NCBI GenBank assembly: GCA_003344405.1
Contig: NOWV01000165.1
Location: 1 to 64,000 of the forward strand
Origin: Trichoplax sp. H2
Taxonomy: Eukaryota
DNA: 64,000 nt
Reading direction: 5' to 3'
Positions 20,201 to 33,700 of this stretch are shown here, one piece after another (the stretch's first letter is position 1; each line of letters begins with the position of its first letter). The position numbers were made by a program, and so were the translations under genes. A model generated the notes under the pieces. The model was not told where the DNA came from, did not search any database, and saw only the letters and a list, made by a program, of their open reading frames with translations.

Positions 20201-22792
20201 ATAATAATCAACTTTACTTCGAAAGACTGGGGATATAATGAGAAAGCAATTTTACACGGGATGCAGAGAACTCTTTTTCATTCATAAATATTATTATTGC
20301 AATATAATCAGGAATTATGGGTATGCAAGTAATAAGTACTCAATGTTGGAAAAGGTAAAGTCAGGTCTGCAAATAGTTGACATGCAAACTAAAGTACAGT
20401 CGACCGCATTCCAACAAAGGATTAGAGATCAAAAGAACAGCATATATTTATGTCGTCACAAATAACCATGACATTCTGTATATGGAAACATCTATAAAGA
20501 CACGAAAGCTAATCATAAACTACACAAATGAATATTAAATTTAATTCGTTACCGTCATAAACAATTGCGGTTTTGGACAAATCGGAGGACATGAGATTGA
20601 CCAGCTATAACAGTAAATGATAAGAAATATACGTATTCTAAAAGTTAATGATTTTTTCATATGTACTACAAAAGCAAAGTACTCTACAAATCATATAAGT
20701 ATCTCAAAGTAAAGGATATATTGGTTTTTGAATTTATAATTAATTAATTTATACGAACAATGATAAGATACAGAAGTCTACCGGATGGAAAAGCAAATTA
20801 AAATAACTGAATCCCGTTGAAACTGCGATATTAATTAATTATATCTGACCTTAAACGTTGGAAAAGCATCAACATGATGACGACGACAAACAGGAACATT
20901 TCTAACATCGGAACAATCGACAGCTGCTAGAGCAATAACTGATTTCCAACCTTGACAATAAGATATTAAAAGAGATCAAATGTTAGAAAAATTTTGAGGC
21001 CGTAATTTGGCAGTTATTTACACAGTCATTGCCGTCCATTGTATGTCGATTACTATAACTCAGTCACTAGCTACTGCAGAAATGAAATTTCCCAATGCTG
21101 TATCAATGAAGCATTTGAAATTATATAGGGTATATCGAGTTTAAGGATAAAGAATAGCCTAGGTGATTGATTATAGATGGAGGAATAATTGCATAATATA
21201 CAATGTATATTCTACCACGCTACTGTACTCTATTGTTTATTAAACCTCATCCTAATACTACTGTACTATTAAAGGGATTGCATTCATCATCAACATGTTA
21301 CAATTTCAAATTAACCACATTGTATACTGTATGTATGAAAATTTAAAGTCCGGTGATTTGAAAGGTATAATCACGATTATAAGGAATCGAACAGTCCTAG
21401 GATATAGTTTTGAAGATTACAACAATAATTTGCAGGTTTACGCGTACCATCGCTAACGTATCGAGAAAGTGCTAAAAATTTACTTCCGATACTATCTCAG
21501 ACTCAGATTACGAGTATGTAAAATTCTTTGAATTAATTATCGATTCGATGCAAAGCCGATGTAAGGTATCGTCCATTGCTGACTAGAAGATTAGAAAGAT
21601 TTTACAATCTTGTGTCTGTTATCGTATCTACTAAAATTTAGTGGCAATTACTCAGAAATTTTCAATTGTTGTAACCTTTATGTTACTCGATTACGCATTC
21701 GGTATCGGTTGTTTAATATGTTCGTACAGCTGCTGTACTGCAGGCAGAAAGTCAAACTGTGGCTTCCTTGATTACAGTATATACTTATATTAATTATTGG
21801 TGTCTGCGTTTCGATGTTGTTCACGATAAGCAGTAGAGTCAATATCATAACTTTCCCACTACTATAAATGTTATTACTTCCATCGTTTGATAAAAGTGAG
21901 ACTACATCTTTCGTATTCGATTATCAAAATTTAAAAAATTAAGCAATCAACATTGAAAAATAAGGAATTGAATCGATTTTGTACCACCGCCATTACATCT
22001 CGTGTCGTTTATAATGACACGTATGAAATTGTTAAGTGTTGTCAAGGATAAGAATAGAAAGGTAGAGTATTTCAAAACATATTCATCAACAGTCCAATAT
22101 AATACCGCTGGTGTTGGAAATAGAAATTAAAATGTAGTTTACTCGGTTTGACATCAAAACGTATGCGTATAAGAACAGAGTCGATATGTCGATACCAATG
22201 CATTGAATGATAGGAATTAATCCAATACTGTACTAGCAGAGATATTACTACATGGACCGTGACACTACCATTGAATCTGATCAATTTTTCCTACAGTACA
22301 GTATATATCATTGCGTTAAGACGAGAATTTCAAGTTCTCTTTTGTTGGATGAATGTTGGATTAAACAGTATATTTACTGAATTCTCATCCTCTCCTATAG
22401 TTTCACATTGCTAGAAATATGGATAGATAGAAATTTGTGGAAAAGAATTGGCTGGGCTTGATTTCTTACTACCGGTACCCGTTGTACAGTACTGTAGAGT
22501 GTCACGTATTGTTTCTATCATCAACAAACATCATTCCTATCCTACCTGCAACATCTTCACCTAAACGAATATAAGTTGGTGCAAAACTTTGGCAATGGCC
22601 ACACCAAGAAGAATAAAATTGTACCAGCCAGCATCGATTACTTCTGACCAAGTAGCGATCGAGTGTATCATTGTTTAACGACTGAATATTAGTAATGCCT
22701 TCATATAATTCAGCTTTACAATTTAGCCCTAACCAAGGCAAAACAAGGATGAGAATGGTGGCGAAAAAATACAAATAACGATAGCTAGCCAT
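17230..22792 (-). CDS. QSOX: Quiescin sulfhydryl oxidase (thioredoxin + Erv/ALR domains, C-terminal transmembrane anchor), multi-exon
   Basis: Signal peptide and FYSSWCGHC in exon 22792-22546. Exon ~20950-20850 reads GWKSVIALAAVDCS...CRRHHVDAFPTFK. Further exons give FEDSHSYLGRE|LALDL and AKFHVTSYPSVY. The last exon has RGYPCGLWTLFH, FFSCQKCRYHF (Erv CxxC), WLWRAHNKANSRL, DPEFPKVQFP..LCPTC and a hydrophobic TM segment before the stop. Confidence 0.96.
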
Positions 22793-23454
22793 TCAGGAAT
22801 GTATCTAAGGCTTTTCCTTCATTACTGGGTATTTAAACCACAATTAATCAATGACCCCGCCACCAATGGCAATGTTACTGTTGGCAGAGAAAGAAATGAG
22901 CAACCAAGACGAGAGAAGACGAAGGTCAATTGACCAAGTTGTAATGGCAGATTTTCTCTCCTTTTGATAACCCTTTCAATTAAGACAGCCAATCTCTACC
23001 AATAATCTGTGTCGTTAAGTCTTACCCTCAAAGAAAATATACAGTAAAATAGGCAATAATGTCTTAGAGGAGAATTGACTAAGTCAATCAACAAGGTAAG
23101 AGGCAAAAAAAAGTAAACTCAATTCTTATGGATTAGGTAGCCAGATTTTAATTATCCTCTCTGCTGGCTGTGAAGAGAAGAGTGAGTGAGAATTGAAGTA
23201 CTGGAGCATAGAGATGAAACGAAAGTCTTGATATACAGTACTGTACCGTCACGTTTACTTGTCTGCCTGTACTGTAGATTATACTCTACGGGTGTTTTGG
23301 CTACAGTCGTTCATACGGTAGGCAGTTGAAGTGAGACCTACAGTACAGTACTGTACCTATACAGTAACAGTACTGTTACAGTACAGTATAAGTTCAAATT
23401 ATCCTATAGTAATCCTGGTATTAGATCGTCAGAACGGATGGCAGCCAGGACGAC

Positions 23455-23760
23455 TTGAGTCTGACTGTCTCAGAGTGACACTAGCACAGTGACAGGTTGA
23501 GACGAAGAATTGCTTTTGCGCGGACGCAGTACTGTACAGGGAGTACAGCATACCACCAATTTTTGCTAGCAGTACAGTACAGTGTAATCTACAGTACACT
23601 CAGCGAAATCCATATGAAGTCCCGTTCACGTGAAGTTTGCAACACTTCACCTTCAAGTGAAGTGAAGTTTGCAACACTTCACCTTCACGCGAAGTGAAGT
23701 TTCAAATTCCAACTTCACACGTTCCCTAGTTGAGACTAGTTGAGACAGTCAGACCTCCAA
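23455..23760. mobile_element. Candidate MITE-like element (~300 bp) bounded by 14-bp perfect inverted repeats
   Basis: GTCTGACTGTCTCA (23459-23472) is the reverse complement of TGAGACAGTCAGAC (23741-23754). The interior carries ~32-bp hairpin repeats. No clear TSD. Confidence 0.4.
23629..23721. repeat. ~32-bp tandem hairpin repeat, ~3 copies
   Basis: gtgaagtttgcaacacttcaccttca occurs twice, followed by a diverged gtgaagtttcaaattccaacttcac. Each unit has GTGAAGT...ACTTCAC arms. Confidence 0.85.
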
Positions 23761-26700
23761 TATCGATCTCTCCATTTTTCTCTCTCTCGAAAGCTGTTCA
23801 AATCTTCATTTTTTCAAAGTATCCCCCAAATGGGGATCTTGAATGATTGTATTCAGCTCCAGTGTTTCCTAATATTACAGTACAATCATCATACTCAATA
23901 GCGTTGCGTAAGAATTTTTCCATTTCACTGTACTGTACATTGAACCAGTACTCCATACAATCCTATTCACTACTACAAGATACTACAATTAGTATCGCTT
24001 CGACATCGTACGAGTGACGCTAACCGCGAGACTGTTCTAGATATTAGTACCGTACCGTATCGAAGGAGACAAAAGAAGAAGACTGACGTTTTAATCATGC
24101 TGATAACGGACGTATCCGACAATGTTCTATACTTTGTATAGGTATTGACATAGTGAGTCAGTAGTATAACTATAAAATCCTCCCGTTTTCAAGACCATAG
24201 TACTACTGGCATGGTACTGTACGGTCTGTACCATCGTATCGACTTCTGGACTGGAGTACTGTGTTGAAAGAGCAAGTGAGTTCACAGTCGTCACCATAGA
24301 GATACGTAGTACCTGTCTAACCACCGCTGTAGCCCGATCGCAGTTGCAAATAATCATTAGTTAAATTATGGCAAAACATTGCCTAACGAACAAGGATGAA
24401 ACTGACCGTTGTAGAATATATAATTATTATAGCAACTACATCAAGAAGAGAGTGATAAAGCCGATTTCTATACAGTATACAAAATCATAGGGATAATGCG
24501 GATATCGTCTAAGGAATCAAATACAAACTTGACTGGATATACGAAACCCTCTGGAGGCCTACATAATACCAAATTGGCCCCCTAATTCCTATATTTAATA
24601 CCTGATATCTCCAAAAATGTATGGACCTTCATCGTAGAATGGATTAGCAAATTTCCCGTATCAAAATAATTACGGTAGCTTCTCCCTGAGGAATAATTAT
24701 GATAGATAATAAGTTGTCATTGACATACAAGAGGCCCACAAGTTAGTTTTTACAGTAAGTGATGAATTAGAATGGAGTTGATTCGCCCCCTACGATATAC
24801 AGTACTACTGTATATCACTGCTTTGCCAAAGTTTTATTTGCAGGCTACAGCCTGGCTTCTATGGTACTGGATAAGCATTAAGAGCTCACTTAACAGGCGA
24901 AACATAGCTAAACTATCGAGGGAATAATGCCAACGGCTAAGGACCACATTAAATCATATCCAATTGAACCTTGAACGTAGTAGCAGTCAGGCACCCATTC
25001 GCGATTTACCAACTATATACTGTACAGGCAAATACATCAATGGATAGAGACCTAATACTGAATACTAATTGAGTGGAAGTACTCCACATGCAATATGCAT
25101 GAATTAAACACGTTGCTAACGTAAAGAATCAGTAACTGTTTTGAATGCTATTACTGGAATACAAACCCCCAAATACACTAAACGTTCTCCAGATAGGAAG
25201 TTTCCTAGAATTATCTTAATTCAATGTCGAACTGTATCAAGCTACATTAAATAAATAAATTAACACAAAGAATAATATAATGATGTAATATATATCTCCT
25301 ATCTACAAGTACTACATGTGGAGATTCATTTTATTGTTATAGCACAATATTACATTATATTCTATACGATTGTGTCACAATATTGCTGTTGGCAATAAGT
25401 GTATACAAGTAGGAGGCATATCATTTACTGTAAACATAAAAGCGCAAAGCACTAATTAATTGATCGTCGTGTTTTACTATATTTTCTACACTTTGATTTG
25501 CTAAATGCAATCAGAGAAACAGTTTAATCTCAATTACAATAGTATAACATAGATATGATAACATACATAATAAAATATGAATAGATTACCCAATTTATAC
25601 ATACAATCATCACGTACCCAGCTTAATAACTGAATAAACTGCCGGTAGCAGATCTTTATGCTGCATCATCACGTTGGAGGATATTGATAATCAAAAAATA
25701 CCACTAGATTTACAAGCACTGTTAATCCTTAACATGTACGGATATAACTATCACTATCGTATATATCCTGTACAGTATACGAGTATACGCGTATTCAAAT
25801 TTGGATCATTATTGATGTCGACGTAATCATCATCAGCGACTCCAGTAGATCTAGCTACAACGTGCGGTACAGTAATCTTTCTATGCAGATAATTACTGAT
25901 ATCTTAGTGCAATAAAATTCACTTTATAATTATACTATATATTACTACTACTCATCATGCTCACTCACACAATCATCCCTTATACAGTAGAATTTGATGA
26001 ACTGCGTAAATCATCTATATGAATGGTTATATCATCGTTTACAGAACTCATGTAATTATGCATGTGTATACTTATAGAAAAACACTATTGACATAAAAGC
26101 GACAGATTAGCATGGTTATAGATTTAATCATCTCCTACAATGTAGAATTTAATAAGCTATATATATCTGTATAATCGTATTACTACTTAAAGTATACGTA
26201 TACACGCTACATCATATATCAGCAAAAAGTTTATTATATTTAAGGATGCAGTCATTTATTGCCCCTGCACAGGATGATTGGAAGAGAACCGGCATCACTA
26301 TGCATGCCTGTATCATGAGGTAAAATAGCAACCATATGTCATTAAAGCATATATATATCCTAACCCGTATATATACAAAGTATTATACATGTTGTATCGT
26401 CTATCAAAAGAGGATCATTGCTTTTTATGGATGTAATCATATCCATCGCCTAAACGGCATGATTAAACGATTTACGAAACGTATCTTTTCATAATTTCTC
26501 AAGACATTTCTTACAAATCATACATCGCAAAGTAGACCAATAGTAGATTAACAATGATTTTAGGATACATCTTTTCTTGTGTAATATAAATTTGATTTTG
26601 TACAGTATTCATCCAATTTATTGGCACTATGGCCAATAGCGTAAATTAATATAAGCCCTATATTCTATTCTCATTTGCAACTAATCATTGCATTTATTCA

Positions 26701-27774
26701 ATGTAATTATATCCTTAACATCATAATTTGGTGAATAATTGCATCAAGTTAATATATAAATATATAATTACATCATTATCTACAATATAACATACTGTTT
26801 GTTCAAGTTTATAGATCATCCTATTGACAAATTTTAGTATGTCTGGTGAGAATATAAATACAGTACCCAAACTCCTTGTGACCATTTAGTGACCTGGATC
26901 GGCAATAAATTTGTCCTATTCATGTATCATCACTTCTACAACAAACTAAATCATCTACGCACTTGATATTATAGATTATATTACTCATATAAGTGAGATT
27001 AATTGCAAGATAGGATAATTTGATTGCCTAATCTCGTCAAAAATTTAATGGTATCATTAAAGACATCACGGTCTGAGAAATTTATATGTACGCTAGATAA
27101 TCCAGATTGGTGGCAGCAGATTATCCAATTTTACGCTTTTGCCAACTCTGTACCGATACAATTACAGTTTAAAAAGTACAGTATATAAGCACCGATATAT
27201 AAATGATCATGCTAATCGATATCGTCGCTTCTCCTACAGACTAATTTGACAAATAAACCTCGTTAAGCATTCTATAGTGCTGATGTAAATATCTATATTA
27301 ACATGGATCCACACCCTATATTATATACTAACAATAGATCAGCCTGTCTAATTACCTATGGATAGAAATACCCTTTATACAGTAGAAAAGAATAAGCAAA
27401 TTAACGTGATAGACCATTCAATGGCATCGATACAAATGTCTGTATGCTGATGGAAACCAATGCTAAATCCTAGTCAAACCTATTATCATCAATAGTACAT
27501 CTTCTATTTTAGTAGATAGTATCATCGTCTGTTGTCCTACCATTTGATATACTCATAGGATCAACCTAATTAAATTCAAATAGAAATATCGACGACTACT
27601 GACCCATCGCTTTTCAATCATTTAGTTAGTGGCGGATAGCAGATTACTAAAACTTATCCACTAATTAATACATCGAATTGCTATCCACGCATAACCTAGT
27701 TTAGGTGTGCTATATGATATTAATTTCTATAGTTTTTGGATAACGTTGTTCTACTTGGTAAGACTTTAACCATC

Positions 27775-30700
27775 ATGGCAAACGGCAAGAAAAAAAAAAA
27801 TCAAGCTACTAAAAAACTACCAACTATCCATAATATTTTCCAGGTAAACGATAACTACTTGTAAATAAAGCTAGGGCTTAAAGCTAAAATATTAACATTA
27901 CAGATTTTTCTTTCTCCAACGATGGAAAGAGTGCATAATAACTATCGATAATTTAATTTAGTGTATCATCATTTTTAATTTTTTATCATTGTCGTTCATT
28001 TTTGGTGTTCGTAAATGAATGGATTTCAGTTTTACCCTTCTGATCCTTGATTAACGTGCATGAAAATAATGCATGTTTGTCCAATCATATATACTTGCTT
28101 ACCCTATTAAAATAGTATCAAATCAAAATAGCTTAATATTTAATAATTGCTACACTTGTAAAGTTGCTCAATAGATACCTTAGTGAAGCATTTTATTCAA
28201 TTTCAATTCGCTTTATCTCGGAATCAAAATTTAAATGCTGTATTAATCATGGCTATGAATAATCTTCTTTGGAAATCAGTCTACAGCTGAAATAGAATTG
28301 AAAAAGATAATTCCATTTTGAAAAGATTCAAGAATCTTAAATCTCACTGATTTCTGTTGCTATTATTCTACAAATTATCTTTACCTAATTGAAGGATCAA
28401 AAATATGCTCTCCTACTAGTGATCGATATAAATGATCTTCATTCGATACGATAAATTCGATAAGAAAGGGATGGAGAAAATAATTACCTTTAGCGTGATT
28501 GCCAAGTTTTAGATCAAATTGATTTTCTTAGTTTTATCAATCACGGTAATCTGATGAAGAATAATGTTTTACAGTGCTATAATATCGAGAAATCATAATT
28601 TTCGGAGTAAGTGATCAATTACTATAGTCTAATAGCATCAAACCACGAGTATGAAGATCGGAAAGAAAGTTCTTTCCGATTGTATTCCGCTTTAGCAACT
28701 TGATACCGGATAGAATCTAATTTAATAAGCGGAAAAGAATCATTTATTGCATTCTTTGTGAACGACTTATTTTAAAATTATCATATAAGCTATTCTATCA
28801 TAGAATAGAGAAGTAGTTCATAAAATAATTATTTTAAAATGAATATCATTTAAAATGATAAAGCCATATCAATACAGTAATTCCTTTCTACTTTACATCC
28901 AGCACGTAAATCATCGAGATTGAAATGTGATAAAAATCATTTATCGGACCGATTGATGGCGAAATCATTTTTTCGTCATTTATAAATAGTTATCCTCACA
29001 ATCGTAAAAAAATACTACACAGATCCATAGAGTGAATGAGAAGAAAAGATTCAACTTGACGTTTAAGAATGGCCTTATTCATAAAGTAATAATAATTATT
29101 GTAGAAGGATTGTCATATAAAATAGCAAATAAAAGCAACAAAGAAAATTTAATGTTAAACTGCTTCGAGCGGTACAAACATCAGTTATGGCCAGAAGGTC
29201 GTAGAAATAGCAAAAGGATAGACTAGAAGAAATAATTTCTCATTTCCCTTTTAACTTATTGCCTTAAATCATAGACTCAATATGTTTTTTTACATTGGAT
29301 CAATCAATTATAATTTTAAACTTGATAGGTTTAACTAATTTAAATTTTACTTTAGGTCGCGAAAAACGGGACGATTGATATCTTAGATGACATTCTCCCT
29401 GATAAAGAAGATTTCAATCGGATGTGTGAAAAACGAGATGAACATGGTTTAACGCCCTTGCATTATGCCGCTAAATTTAATCAAATCAATGCCATTACTC
29501 GCTTAGTTACCTGTGGTGCTGGTAAGCTAAATCGTTATTTTAGCAGGACAAGAAAGTATTTTTCATCTTCATTTATCAAGAACTCATGAATTTAAGTTTT
29601 AGCACACTCAGCCTCGGTAGAAATATATATCAAAATGATTTCATTCTAAATTATTGATTCACTCTATGGATATGAAGATAGGGCCATAATTCTGGCCATA
29701 ATATCTTTCTTTAATTGAAGTGATTGGCAAACGTTTTATCCCATACATTTATTATCACTAACTGAAGATACTATCGAAAATTCGGCCTCCTATAAGAAGA
29801 ATTCTCACTTTCTACTACCATAATAGCGAACAATCTTTGATATTCAGACAGTTTGAAACAAATGTTCCTAATAAATCTTGTTAAATTTGCCTTCGGTGCA
29901 TAGAAGATTTTCAATTTAATGATGGAATCACTAATATCATTATACTTTTTGATCTTCTTAATGTCAAAAATTCAATCTCACCATTGCTTAGAATTAAACC
30001 TTCATTATTTCAAGCGAATATGCCACTATAGATTTAGTAATTCCATAGCTTTAATCCATCCCTTATTACTTTTCATACTCTGAATAACTAACCCTATTAA
30101 TTATAAATCGATAGAAATTATTTAAATTTGTGCTGGATTGTAGATTAACTGCTCTACAGCTGCCAAATGAAACGGTCTTCCATTTATAGTCTAACAATTT
30201 TCCTAGTAATATTCTCGCATTTGACTGAGCAACCGTGAAGTAAAAATTACTTACTCGTTTCACATCAATTTTTCATTTTCAAATTGATCAATAATATATA
30301 ATCAATCATGGTTGAAATATCCACGAACTGCCAGATAAACGGTCTTCATGTTTGTCGCAAATCTAAACTCATAACGACAAAAATTAGAACTATCACAGAA
30401 AACTAAATCTGCAAGCCCACTGTCAAATTTATCCTGCCTGATATCTACTTCAGTATAACGCTAGATACGGACGATCTCATGTCGTCAGGAAGAACCGTAA
30501 TTAGCAGTCTCTGTTTGGACAAAACTAATACCAAACTTTATTGAAAAAATCACTCAATTTATAGTAAATCCACTTAAATATTAATTGCTTAATTATCAAT
30601 TTATAGGTAATATTATATAACTATGCAGTTATGTATTAAGACATGTAAAGTTATCTTATGGAAATTATACTACGATAACTATGCAAAAATTACTCTGTAA

Positions 30701-33700
30701 CAACTTTATAGCCTAATAATTCCTCAGCAGTATTTTCAGATCGATCGAGCAACCGTGAAATATTTTTATCTATCTACAGTTCATTCCACATCCACTCCTC
30801 ATTTCCAAATCGATCAATTACTAGTCATGATTTGAGTATTCAGCCACTACTTTATGAAATCGACTTCATTTCATATCATATAACAACCATTTCTTAAACA
30901 TAGCTAACTATTAGTAATTTATAATTTTGATATTGGATGAAGTCTGATTAGAATAGTTGCAGAATGTAACTATAAGAGCAAGCAATATTCATTGATCTTT
31001 ATTGTGGGTAGATGTTGATGTCAGAGGTATCGATGAAATTGCTCCTCTTCACGTGGCTGCCAGGCATAACCATAGTGAAGCAGCAAAGACACTATTATCT
31101 TTACAAGCAAAATCTGATATTGGAGATGATGATGGTGATACTCCATTGCATGTCGCTGCCAAGTTAGGCTATCCTAACGTTTGTAAGGTTAGTAAAGAAA
31201 CAAATTCGAAAAATGATAACTATACAGTAGGTATAGTTTTGCTTCAAATCATAGACAGCTTACCTAGAGTAGTCTAATAACAATATTGCTGATATCATCT
31301 CAATGATATACATTTGTCGCTTGATATATCCCATTTTTTATCAGATCTTGATTGAACATAATCCATCGCTGATCAACAAAGTCAACAAGGATAAAGTAAC
31401 CCCGTTACATATAGCATGCAGGAGGAATAGACTCTTAGTCTGTCAACTATTGGTAATTTTTAATAACAGATAATGTTGAAAAATATTCCAATAAAGCAAA
31501 AATAAACTTGCTTGATAATATTAAATAGGCATTTGTATATTTAAAATCGATGATACTGAAATAGATTGGTAATGCTGCTAATGCTATGCTCAAATCGGTG
31601 GATGGTAGTTTACCTATTCACTTTGCAGCATCTAAAGGCAGTTGCGAAATTATCGAACTATTGCTGGACATTGCTGCTTCTCGTAGCGAGCCTAAAACCA
31701 ACCATTTAGCTATGCAGGATAATGAGGGGAAAACTGCTCTACATAGGGCTGTTCAAGGTGGACATGTAAAAGTAAGGAAACATCATTATGAATTTCTACT
31801 ACTATAATGATTGACCAACTTACTTATTGCGGTACATAGTTAAACTTAAAATGCCATATAGATCTAAATTGAAATTTTCCTTAGCTCAATAGCAGTAAAT
31901 ATCTGCTGACAATGTTGCTAACTTGACTACTATTTTTCCCTTAGGCAGCAATTACATGTCTGCATAGTGGATCTGATATCATGGCTACTATGGTAATAAA
32001 AGTTATTTTGAAGATCTTGAGTCTAAGATACAGACAATTTTACCACAACCGCTATTCAGTCTAAATTCTTTTTGTAAAATTAATTGCAGAATGATGGGCT
32101 TACACCTTTACACGTAGCAGCCAGTATTGGATCACCAACCCTAACTAGAATTCTGCTAAAAGATGGAGCACAAATCAATGCCAAGTGTGTCATAGGCCGA
32201 ACTCCAATTCATTTAGCATCTTCGTTTGGTCATACTTCTGTAATCAAAATTTTATTAAATCAGGTAGTTTATGTAGACTAATGAAGATTATCATGCTGCT
32301 GTTTCAATATAAGCTTCTATTTACATATTTGCATGAAAATATTCAAGAAATAAGTATAGTAGCCTCGTTGATACTACGTTAGGTTCGTAGTTTAAAGATA
32401 TTACAGTATTAGACGGACTTAGATTACTTCAGCGTTTCATCATCACAATAATCATAAAAATAAGCGATTGCGAAGGGATGATAGATTAAAACCTTGAGAT
32501 GCATGCAATCTTTCACAAATATCTTTCATCAGAAATGATAGAGATGGCATTGGCTTAAGCACGCTTTTCAGTTAAATATTAGCAAGTTACAGTCTAAATT
32601 GTGCAGCATTTTTTCATCGAAAGAGATGAAGTAAAATTCTTAATGCAAATTTTCATTCCTGTATGTTTAATTCCAATCTTTTTAAAAAGTTTTCACCAAA
32701 CTAAATCTGCTTTTTAAACCACAATATCATAAATACAAGAAAAAATTTACTGAGATTGTCATTCTCGCATCAAACCAGACTTTACTGCACTCATAAGAAA
32801 TCATATCTGATTCGGATAAGCAATCATGTTGACTAAATCAAACTTAATTCTTCTTATTTTTAGGGAGCTGAAATCAACATTGTCGATGATAAATTTCAAA
32901 CTCCGCTCATGGTTGCCACAGAAAATGGAAATTTATCATCCATTAATGAACTAATTTATCAAGGTGCAGATGTTTCAGTGGTAGACGATCAAAATAGAAA
33001 CTGTTTACATCTAGCTAGTCGAGCAGGTCATCTAGAAGCTCTAATTGCTATTTTTAAGGTGATGGAACGATGATATCCACTTTTAAAGTTGCTATGAATG
33101 GGTTCTATTAGAACTAAGAATCTTTATCGTCGCATTTACAGAATTAGCTCATAGTTTGTGTTGATTTCTATCAATATTTATAGCATGGTGGACAAGGCTA
33201 TGTCGATATTTTAGATAGCTTAGACAGAACTCCAATCCATTATGCAGCTGAAGCTGGCCATCATAGAGTAAGATAATTAAATATCATATTTGCACATGAA
33301 ATTTTTTCCTGCTCTCACGTCCTTTTCTGGTAATACGTTAAAACTTTTAATTTAAATGTTTCTTGTTTTTAAATCCTCTCTCGATAGATCATTGAACTAT
33401 TGCTAGCTAATGATGCTGGATTAGAATTTTCTGATGCAGACGATAACTTACCAATCCATTTAGCATGCAAGTAAGTTCCTGAAATGATCATTAGCCAAAT
33501 GAAATAGACTGCATTTTGCCTTGACTTTAATGCTACCTGAATCTAAAGGTAGAAAAGAAAGATGTAGCCTAATAATGTCATTAGAATACAATTGAAGATG
33601 TTTCTGCCAAATTATATGAGAAAATGGCTTCCTTTTAATTATGCAGATGCAGTCTATGTAGATTTCAGCTGTAAATCAGTTCAATATTTGTATTTACCTC

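Noticed and set aside
30140..30870. Degenerate dispersed repeat (gagcaaccgtgaa...tcattt.caaat.gatcaat at ~30227 and ~30747) in TRPA-A intron 2
   Set aside because: An old local duplication with no coding or structural signal.
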